From assembly GCA_042408195.1 (NCBI GenBank), contig JBHOQL010000107.1, positions 31,976 through 95,975 on the forward strand: a DNA stretch of 64,000 nucleotides, given 5' to 3'. This stretch comes from Anaerolineae bacterium. Lineage in GTDB: Bacteria; Chloroflexota; Anaerolineae; SpSt-600. The notes below the pieces were generated by a model, which saw only the letters and a program-made list of their open reading frames with translations, ran no database searches and had not been told where the DNA came from. Both the position numbers and the translations under genes were made by a program. Positions 1 to 6,396 of the stretch are shown here, one piece after another; within the stretch, counting starts at the first letter, position 1; each line of letters opens with the position of its first letter.

Positions 1-1
1 C

Positions 2-883
2 GAGCTGTACGGCTTTAAAAGAGGTATCCTGGGGATAGATGCAGGCGGGATGCACACAGTAATGGTCGGGGTTACTGGGGAGAACTTCTTTACCAGCGTA
101 CGGAGCGACATAAGCTTGAACCGGGCCGAGTTCCTCTTGCGAGATTCGGAAAGAATCGCCCGCTGGCTTCCTTACAAGATAGATCAGGAAAAAATAGCCG
201 AAGCAATATTAGAAAAAACTCTTCGCCCCGAAACCATACCCCTTACAAAGGAAGAACTTGCTCTGGAAATGGCCATCCTCAGAGAGGTTCTTCGGGAAGC
301 TTTTTCCACTGCACGGGAACCTCTCAAATCTGCTTTTGGTCCCGAGCTCTCAGTGGACACGATATTACTGACAGGGGGAACTCTGAGTTCAATCCCTGTA
401 ATAGGATGGATGATCTTGGCGGCAATAGATGCCCTTCAGCCTTCTGGGGTAACCATGCTTGTGGTAGACAAAGTAGGCCTCTGTTCCCCATTAGGTTCTC
501 TTGCTTACCTCCATCCTCAAGCTGTCCTTGAAGTTCTGGAACGCGATGCTCTCGTGCCCGTAGGGACTTTGATAGCTCCTCTGGGCATTGCTCCGGAAGG
601 AAGTGTTGCCATGAGAGCCCGCATATCCTTTGATGATGGAAGACATCTTGAGGCAGAAGTCAAATCTGGTGAAATAGAGGTCATACCGCTGGCTCCTGGC
701 CGTAAAGCTTCCATAAGCGTTTCCCTTTCAAAGGGGCTGAGTTTGGGCCCAGCACAGACGGAACGGACTATAGAAGTAAAGGGAGGGCTCGTAGGCATTA
801 TCATGGACCTCAGAGGCCGACCTTTGCCGTTGCCCGCACGGCGGGAGAAAATCCAAAAATGGCTCTGGGGGATGGAAACATGA
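2..883 (+). CDS. ASKHA-fold (actin/HSP70/sugar-kinase-like) ATPase, 5'-truncated at window edge; the reading frame is open from nt 2 (…GILGIDAGGMHTVMVGV…)
   Basis: Phosphate-1-like motif GIDAGG at the very start of the open frame and an LLTGGTLS adenosine-type motif later; a C-terminal beta-rich extension follows. No stop between nt 2 and the listed ATG at 50, so the gene begins upstream of the window. Confidence 0.45.
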   Translation, partial: ELYGFKRGILGIDAGGMHTVMVGVTGENFFTSVRSDISLNRAEFLLRDSERIARWLPYKIDQEKIAEAILEKTLRPETIPLTKEELALEMAILREVLREAFSTAREPLKSAFGPELSVDTILLTGGTLSSIPVIGWMILAAIDALQPSGVTMLVVDKVGLCSPLGSLAYLHPQAVLEVLERDALVPVGTLIAPLGIAPEGSVAMRARISFDDGRHLEAEVKSGEIEVIPLAPGRKASISVSLSKGLSLGPAQTERTIEVKGGLVGIIMDLRGRPLPLPARREKIQKWLWGMET

Positions 884-1917
884 ATTTTGCCAGCACTGTT
901 CGCATAACCCCTTTCTCCTCGATTCAGGTGGAAAGGCGTCTGCCGATACCTGGAGAGGTCCTCGTTCAGCCCGGGGAACCTGTAGAACCTTCCCAAACCA
1001 TCGCTATCGCGGAAGTTAATAGCTGGGTTTGCCTTGACGTTGCCAGGGAAATCGGGGTGAAGGAAAGCGAGTTGGAGCGTTTCCTCAAGAAAAAGTGCGG
1101 GGAAAAAGTTAAAGCCGGAGAAGAGCTCGCCTCCCGAAAAGGTCTCCTACCCTTTACCTTTGTTAGCTATGCCTCTCCTGTATCTGGCCAGGTGGCTGCT
1201 GTTGGCATGGGAATGGTTATTCTGGAGACAACCTCGGGCTCTATAGAGCTCAAAGCCGGCCTGAAGGGCACGGTAAGCAGATTAATCCCATACTATGGAG
1301 CAATCATAGAAACCAAAGGCGCATTGGTGGAAGGTGTGTGGTGCAACGGAAAAGAGAAGGCAGGAATCCTGAAAGTCCTGGGGGACAGAGAAACTCCCCT
1401 TTCTGCCGAAAGCATCCAAGTTTCGGCCAGGGGTTTCATTTTAGTATGTGGGACTATCCGGGATGAGGCTGTCCTTTCCAAAGCCGCTGCAGTTAAGGTG
1501 GACGGTATAATAGCTGGAAGCCTAAGAGCCTCCCTAAAGGATATAGCTTCAGCCATGCCTTACCCCGTAATCCTTACGGAAGGATTTGGAGAGATACCCA
1601 TGAGCACCCCTGCCTTTGAACTTCTGCGCAGTTCTGAAGGTTATGAGGTGGCATTAATTGCTTCACCTCCTTCTGTAATTATATCAGTTCCGGAGGAGAT
1701 AGTGTCTCCCGTTCACATTCTCAGGAAAGAAGAGGCTGGCCTCAAGGTTAAAGTAATCCGAGGGCCTCATAAAGGCTTGTTCGGGGAAATCCTGGAAGTG
1801 GGTCGGCGCGAGACTCTTCTGGAAAGTGGATACCTCGTTCCTTCCGCTCTGGTTCGCTTGGAAAACGGAGCGGAAGTGGAGTTGCCCACCCTCAACCTGG
1901 AAGTGATTGAATCGTAA
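859..1917 (+). CDS. hypothetical protein with a C-terminal KOW-like motif (…GLKVKVIRGPHKGLFGEILEV…)
   Basis: 352-aa ORF overlapping the upstream ASKHA gene by 25 nt, suggesting translational coupling. The C-terminus resembles NusG/L24 KOW motifs (GxxVxVIxGPxxGxxGxI); the central region looks like a hybrid-barrel fold. No confident family assignment. Confidence 0.4.
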   Translation: MALGDGNMNFASTVRITPFSSIQVERRLPIPGEVLVQPGEPVEPSQTIAIAEVNSWVCLDVAREIGVKESELERFLKKKCGEKVKAGEELASRKGLLPFTFVSYASPVSGQVAAVGMGMVILETTSGSIELKAGLKGTVSRLIPYYGAIIETKGALVEGVWCNGKEKAGILKVLGDRETPLSAESIQVSARGFILVCGTIRDEAVLSKAAAVKVDGIIAGSLRASLKDIASAMPYPVILTEGFGEIPMSTPAFELLRSSEGYEVALIASPPSVIISVPEEIVSPVHILRKEEAGLKVKVIRGPHKGLFGEILEVGRRETLLESGYLVPSALVRLENGAEVELPTLNLEVIES

Positions 1918-1928
1918 AGGAGGGAAAA

Positions 1929-2360
1929 ATGTCAATAAAATTGCCGAGGTTATCTTTAGGCGAGGGACGCGATAGGCTTTTCAACTTGCTGGCCCTTGCC
2001 CTGGTGGCTATCCTAATAGTAGGACTATGCTTGCTCGGCTTCGTTGCCCTGTTCATGAGGCCCGGAGTGCGCGCTACTCCAGCTCCAGCCACTCTAACTC
2101 CTCCTTTGGCAAGGCTCACGCCGGTAGCTACCTGGACTTTCACTCCTACTCCAATTTTAACACCCACTCCCACCTTTACCCCAGTACTGGCAGGTATACC
2201 CACTCCAACCCCCACCCCAACCCCTACCCCTCTAGCCCCAACGCCTACTCCTACCTCGACTCCGACAGCTACCCCCCCGACTGGTTACGGATTGCCATTG
2301 GTAGCCGTTGGCGCTGCGCTTTTCTTTCTGATAGTGCTGTTCAGAAAACTGCGCTCCTGA
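1929..2360 (+). CDS. small bitopic membrane protein with a Thr/Pro-rich (TPTPTPTP) low-complexity linker
   Basis: An N-terminal hydrophobic helix (LLALALVAILIVGLCLLGFVALF), about 70 aa of TP/TPxP repeats, then a C-terminal hydrophobic helix followed by a basic tail (LVAVGAALFFLIVLFRKLRS). An RBS (aaggaggg) lies upstream of the ATG. Confidence 0.45.
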   Translation: MSIKLPRLSLGEGRDRLFNLLALALVAILIVGLCLLGFVALFMRPGVRATPAPATLTPPLARLTPVATWTFTPTPILTPTPTFTPVLAGIPTPTPTPTPTPLAPTPTPTSTPTATPPTGYGLPLVAVGAALFFLIVLFRKLRS

Positions 2361-2367
2361 AGGAAAC

Positions 2368-2733
2368 ATGGAAGAATTGATCCTCGAGAACTTGGAAGAG
2401 GGTAAACTTCCCTGCGAGAGAGCTTTTGCCATAGCCCGAAAGCTCAGGGTAAAACCTTTAGCAGTAGGGCAAAAAGCGGATGAAATGGGCATAAAGATAA
2501 GCCGGTGCCAGCTTGGCTTGTTCGGTTACGCGGGTAAAAAGCTTATCGCTCCCATGGCCGAAATCCCTCCCAAGCTAGAAGAAGAGATAAAACGCCGGAG
2601 TAAAGAAGGAAGATTGACATGCGCGGGGGCGTGGGCTATAGCGCGTAAGCTCAACCGGAGCAAGCTTGAAGTTTCAAGCGCTGCCGAAACTCTTGATATC
2701 CACATAATTCAATGCCAACTCGGATGCTTCTAA
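2368..2733 (+). CDS. small protein built from two homologous ~45-aa repeats, each carrying two Cys (C-ERAFAIARKL…KISRCQLGLF and C-AGAWAIARKL…IIQCQLGCF)
   Basis: The internal duplication is evident from the translated ORF. Four to five conserved Cys suggest metal or cluster binding. It is tightly packed between the TP-rich gene and the MoaD-like gene. Confidence 0.45.
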   Translation: MEELILENLEEGKLPCERAFAIARKLRVKPLAVGQKADEMGIKISRCQLGLFGYAGKKLIAPMAEIPPKLEEEIKRRSKEGRLTCAGAWAIARKLNRSKLEVSSAAETLDIHIIQCQLGCF

Positions 2734-2744
2734 AGGAGGTACTT

Positions 2745-3140
2745 ATGCGAGTGGAAGTTTGGCTCTATGGTCCTATAGCGAAATATGGAGGAGGCGAACA
2801 CTACGCCAAAGTGGAATTGGACTTGCCCGAGGGTGCCACTCTGAAAGAAGCGCTGGAAAAACTTGGCATCCCGCTGGAAGAGCGAGGTATAACGTTTATA
2901 AACAGCCAGCTTTCAGCCATGCCAGGCTTTTACCCCGATATGGATGTGCAACTTAAGGAAGGGGACAGAGTCGGAATATTTCATCACAAAAGCATGTGGC
3001 CTTTCCAGTATCGCTTTGGAGCCAAAATGCACCCAGCTTTTGAAGAGGGCTTAAAGAAAGGGGAAGTCGGCTATCTGCGCCATTCCTACCGCCAAATCGA
3101 ACAAACCAATCCTGAAACCAGTAAGGATGAGCAAACTTGA
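2745..3140 (+). CDS. MoaD/ThiS-like beta-grasp sulfur-carrier-like protein lacking the C-terminal Gly-Gly, with a ~50-aa C-terminal extension
   Basis: A perfect RBS aaaggaggt lies 4 nt upstream of ATG 2745, making the 2712 start less likely. MRVEVWLYGPIAKYGGGEHYAKVELDLPEGATLKEALEKL…LKEGDRVGIF matches the MoaD/ThiS pattern (LPEGATv…L…GDeVaIipPvsGG), but it ends …VGIFHHKSMW… with no GG. Confidence 0.5.
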   Translation: MRVEVWLYGPIAKYGGGEHYAKVELDLPEGATLKEALEKLGIPLEERGITFINSQLSAMPGFYPDMDVQLKEGDRVGIFHHKSMWPFQYRFGAKMHPAFEEGLKKGEVGYLRHSYRQIEQTNPETSKDEQT

Positions 3141-3659
3141 GGGTACATAGGATCGAGTCCAATGCTGGGGGAGTGAAGATATCTCCCCCAAAGAGATAAG
3201 AGGAGGGGGTTAAAGGACAAATTCCTGCCATTGCCCGCGGGCGGGACTCTAAACCACAGCGAGCTCGAGGCCTACGGGGGTTAGAAAGATTAAGGCACCG
3301 ATGGGCGCAAACCCTTTGCCAGGGGTTTTCTTAAGAGAGTCCAAGCTGTTGACTTCAGCCATCTGCTTACGAGAGGAGCCCTCCGAGGCAACCCCAAAGC
3401 TAATGGAGGCAGACAAAATCGGGGGAGCAAGGGACAAAGCCCTTGCGGGGGAACTTAAGATGTCTCCTCAAGAAGGCAAAAGAGGGGGTATAGATCCTGG
3501 CTGTCACCTACGATGGGGATCAGTAACCGAAGCGGACCCGAAGCCAATGAGGATAGGCAGAATCTAACGAGGGTGGGTCCTCAGCCTGTCAAAGCCGTGG
3601 ACAGGATGTGAACCCCACTGAAGTAGGCAGAATCGAACACAGGCAGACGAAAGAGAAAA
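3141..3659 (+). promoter_or_regulatory. 520-nt GC-rich, highly structured non-coding leader between the MoaD-like gene and moaA; candidate Moco/Wco riboswitch region
   Basis: No convincing ORF; the listed ORFs at 3249-3437 (-), 3301-3567 (+) and 3589-3777 (-) are short, overlap each other and have no RBS. Contents: many perfect hairpins (e.g. GCAAGGG-ACAAAG-CCCUUGC at ~3425-3445, CCUGUC…GACAGG at ~3586-3608); an imperfect direct repeat, AGGCAGAAUCUAAC at 3556-3569 and AGGCAGAAUCGAAC at 3625-3638 (13/14); and a CUCCGAGGC element reminiscent of Moco RNA motifs. Its position immediately 5' of moaA (ATG 3660) is where Moco riboswitches occur. Confidence 0.3.
3215..3284. repeat. copy 1 of a conserved two-block structured motif (GGrCAAAyTCCTGCCmTTGCCCGCG..GGGAC + variable hairpin + ACGGG(GG)TTAG)
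   Basis: Block A runs 3215-3247 and block B 3274-3284. They are separated by the short palindromic hairpin GCGAGCUCGAGGC. A second copy sits at 60508-60574. Confidence 0.4.
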
Positions 3660-4643
3660 ATGGGTTGCATTGATGCCTACAATCGCTCGATAAGTTACCT
3701 CCGAATATCAGTAACAGACCGGTGCAATCTCCGCTGTATCTACTGCATGCCGAGGCAGGGTGTCCCCTTGAAACCACATCATGAACTCCTCACCTTTGAA
3801 GAAATCGCCAGAATCGTGAAAATTTCCTCCTCTCTGGGTATAACCAAAATCCGCTTGACCGGAGGAGAGCCTCTCGCCCGCCGGGGCATCGTTGAATTGG
3901 TAAGGATGATAGCCTCGATTCCGGGGATTGAGGATCTGGCCATGACCACCAACGGGACTTTGCTACCCCCTCTTGCCCACCAGCTAAAGGAGGCGGGCCT
4001 CCAGAGAGTGAACATAAGCCTTGACACCCTCAAACCTGAGCGCTTTCACCGGATAACAGGGGGAGGAAACCTGGAGGATGTCCTCAGGGGAATAGAAGAA
4101 GCCAGAAAGGCTGGCTTAACCCCCGTTAAAATAAACGTCGTGGTCCTTGACGGGTTCAACCGAGACGAGGTGGTGGACTTTGCCCGTCTCACCTTGCACG
4201 ACGAATGGCACATCCGCTTCATTGAAGTAATGCCATTAGGGCTTGAGGCAGAAAACAACCTGGGGAAATATGTCTCCATGCAGGAGGTTCGGGAAGACAT
4301 TGAAAAGGCTCTCGGGGAGTTGATACCCGCAAATCTGAAAGGCAACGGGCCTGCTCGTTACTTCCGATTAAAAGAAGCTAAAGGCACCATAGGATTCATA
4401 ACCCCTGTGAGCGAGCACTTCTGTTACGAGTGCAACCGTTTACGCCTCACCTCTGACGGCAAGCTGAGGCCTTGCCTTCTATCGGACTTTGAGGTAGACA
4501 TTAAAACAGCCCTGCGTTCCGGGGCTACCGATGAGGAATTGAAGGAGATCCTTAGAGGAGCTGTTCGCCTTAAACCTGAACGCCATCAACTGGAGGCTTC
4601 TTCCTTCCCTACCGGAAGGGCAATGGCAGAAATCGGTGGATAG
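3660..4643 (+). CDS. moaA: GTP 3',8-cyclase MoaA (radical SAM, molybdenum/tungsten cofactor biosynthesis)
   Basis: The N-terminal radical-SAM motif LRISVTDRCNLRCIYCMP and overall MoaA layout (GGEPL, second C-terminal Cys cluster CYECNRLRLTSDGKLRPCL) are present; length is 327 aa. Confidence 0.9.
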   Translation: MGCIDAYNRSISYLRISVTDRCNLRCIYCMPRQGVPLKPHHELLTFEEIARIVKISSSLGITKIRLTGGEPLARRGIVELVRMIASIPGIEDLAMTTNGTLLPPLAHQLKEAGLQRVNISLDTLKPERFHRITGGGNLEDVLRGIEEARKAGLTPVKINVVVLDGFNRDEVVDFARLTLHDEWHIRFIEVMPLGLEAENNLGKYVSMQEVREDIEKALGELIPANLKGNGPARYFRLKEAKGTIGFITPVSEHFCYECNRLRLTSDGKLRPCLLSDFEVDIKTALRSGATDEELKEILRGAVRLKPERHQLEASSFPTGRAMAEIGG

Positions 4644-4657
4644 GAGGGTGGGAGCGT

Positions 4658-5470
4658 ATGGATGAGATCTTCCGGGAGATAACCAGAGCGCTGGAAAGGG
4701 GGGAAAGTGTAGCCCTTGCTACCATCGTAAAAGTTAGCGGGTCTGCCCCGAGGAAGGAGGGCGCTAAAATCCTAATAAAACCCGATGGTTCCACTGTGGG
4801 CACCATAGGGGGTGGACCTTTAGAAAACGCCGTAATCCAAGAAGCTCTCAAGGCTATTACCGAAAAGAAGCCCCGCCTCCTCCACTATGGCCTAAGGGCT
4901 GACTTACATCCCGAAGATCTGGGGATATGCGGTGGAGATGTAGAAGTTTTCGTGGACGTAATTTCACCGACTGAAACCCTCCTGTTAATCGGGGGTGGAC
5001 ATGTTAGTCTAGCTTTAGCCAGGTTGGCAAAGGAGCTAGGCTATCGGATTGTCGTGCTGGATGAGAAGAGCGAATTTGCCTCAAAGGAACGCTTCCCTTT
5101 CGCCGACGATGTGCAAGCTGGTGAGTTGGCTTCGCTCCTTGAAAACTTCCCCATAACTTCCCATACCTGGATAGTCATAGCCACCAGGTCCCACGAGAGC
5201 GATGCTTTGGCTCTGGAAAAGGTCATAAATTCCCCTGCTTCTTACATAGGGCTCCTGGGAAGCCGCCGCAAAGTGGCCCTTATCTTCAAAGGTCTTAGGG
5301 AGAAAGGGGTTGAGGAAAGCCTGCTGGCCAGAGTCTTTGCTCCCGTGGGCTTGGATATAGGGGCTGAAACCCCCGAGGAAATCGCCATAAGCATAATGGC
5401 TGAGATGGTCATGCGAAAGCGAGGGGGAAGTGGAAAACCGCTCAGCAAACTCCAGGAGGGTGAAAAGTGA
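4658..5470 (+). CDS. XdhC/CoxI-family molybdenum (tungsten) cofactor insertion chaperone
   Basis: An N-terminal XdhC_CoxI-type domain (ALATIVKVSGSAPRKEGAKILI…GTIGGGPLE) is followed by the Rossmann-like XdhC C-domain (LLLIGGGHVSLALARLAKELGYRIVVLD). Sits between moaA and a Mo/W enzyme gene. Confidence 0.75.
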   Translation: MDEIFREITRALERGESVALATIVKVSGSAPRKEGAKILIKPDGSTVGTIGGGPLENAVIQEALKAITEKKPRLLHYGLRADLHPEDLGICGGDVEVFVDVISPTETLLLIGGGHVSLALARLAKELGYRIVVLDEKSEFASKERFPFADDVQAGELASLLENFPITSHTWIVIATRSHESDALALEKVINSPASYIGLLGSRRKVALIFKGLREKGVEESLLARVFAPVGLDIGAETPEEIAISIMAEMVMRKRGGSGKPLSKLQEGEK

Positions 5471-6396
5471 GCGCAGGCCCTGTAGCGTTTGTCCTGAGCG
5501 GAGGAGGCAACAGAGGAGCTTTGGAAGTGGGAGCTCTACAGGCTCTCTTTGAACATGGAATAAAGCCCGATATCTTGGTGGGAACTTCCGCTGGAGCTAT
5601 GAATGCTGCCTTCATCGCCACTGACCCTACTTTGGAAGGAGCCTATAGGCTCGGGGAACTGTGGAAGAGCATCCGGAGGGAAGACGTCTTTCCAGGCAAT
5701 AAGTTCACTATGTTCTGGCGCCTTATAACAGGCAAAGACAGCCTCTTCCCAAGCGATCACTTGCGCCGCCTGGTGGAAAAATACATCCCGCCCAACAAGA
5801 AACGTTTTGGCGATTTGAGCATCAAACTTTACATTACTGCAGCCAACCTCAACACTGCTACCCTTTACCTCTTCGGCGATGACCCTGATGCACTGTTGGT
5901 GGATGCGGTGATGGCCAGCGCAGCCCAGCCTGTAACTTTCCCACCACTAGAATACAATGGCTGGCAGTTCGTGGACGGAGGTGTAGTAGCCAATGTCCCA
6001 ATAGAGGTAGCCATAGAAAAAGGAGCAAAGGAAATATATGCCATTGATGTAAGCTACGGTGGACAAGTAGAGCCTCGGGTCAGTGGATTGGTGAACATAG
6101 CCCGGCGTTGCATCACTATAATGCTCTACGAACACCTGCTGGAAGATCTGGAAGATGCTGCCCTCAATCCCGAAATCACCCTCCACCACATCAAAATCAC
6201 AGCCTTTGCGGGCCTTGACCCACAGGACTTTTCCAAGACGGCCGAAATGATAGCCGAAGGCAAGAGGATAGCAGAAGAATACCTCCGCTCGCCTGCTCCC
6301 GGATACCGGCCTGAAATCCGCCCTACACTGGCAATACAGGCCCCGCCTGGCTCTCATCCTTGGCGTCGTAAAAGGAGAAGAACCGCGGATAAATGA
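5467..6396 (+). CDS. patatin-like phospholipase
   Basis: The oxyanion/Gly-rich motif SGGGNRGALEVG, nucleophile elbow GTSAG (GxSxG) and catalytic Asp motif DGGVVANVP are all present. Start overlaps the xdhC-like stop (ATGA-type coupling). Confidence 0.8.
   Translation: MSAGPVAFVLSGGGNRGALEVGALQALFEHGIKPDILVGTSAGAMNAAFIATDPTLEGAYRLGELWKSIRREDVFPGNKFTMFWRLITGKDSLFPSDHLRRLVEKYIPPNKKRFGDLSIKLYITAANLNTATLYLFGDDPDALLVDAVMASAAQPVTFPPLEYNGWQFVDGGVVANVPIEVAIEKGAKEIYAIDVSYGGQVEPRVSGLVNIARRCITIMLYEHLLEDLEDAALNPEITLHHIKITAFAGLDPQDFSKTAEMIAEGKRIAEEYLRSPAPGYRPEIRPTLAIQAPPGSHPWRRKRRRTADK

Noticed and set aside
2170-2290. Repetitive ACC/CCA-rich DNA considered as a CRISPR or other DNA repeat array
   Set aside because: It is the codon-level reflection of the Thr-Pro repeat inside ORF 1929-2360. 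It has no spacer-repeat periodicity and no cas genes.
3215-3247. Cobalamin, glycine, ZTP or c-di-GMP riboswitch identity for the shared block A motif
   Set aside because: Partial resemblance only (e.g. AAAUUCC…CCCGC versus the cobalamin core; CACAGGGCAAAC versus the GEMM start). The B12 box, the glycine GGAGAG/CUCUGGAGAG elements and the ZTP pseudoknot sequences are all absent. The two copies have inconsistent orientation relative to downstream genes.
3141-3659. RNase P RNA or tmRNA in the long non-coding region before moaA (also considered for 60209-60576)
   Set aside because: None of the universal P4/J11-12 RNase P elements (GGAAAGUCCGGGC, AGGGUGAAA, ACAGAAnCCGGCUUA) are present. No tRNA-like 3' end (GGUUCGAnUCC…CCA) or Ala-Ala tag ORF for tmRNA is present.
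5467-6396. Patatin as a CBASS (CapV) effector
   Set aside because: No CD-NTase/cyclase, E1/E2/JAB or other CBASS signalling gene is adjacent. The neighbours are xdhC-like and a glycosyltransferase-like membrane protein.
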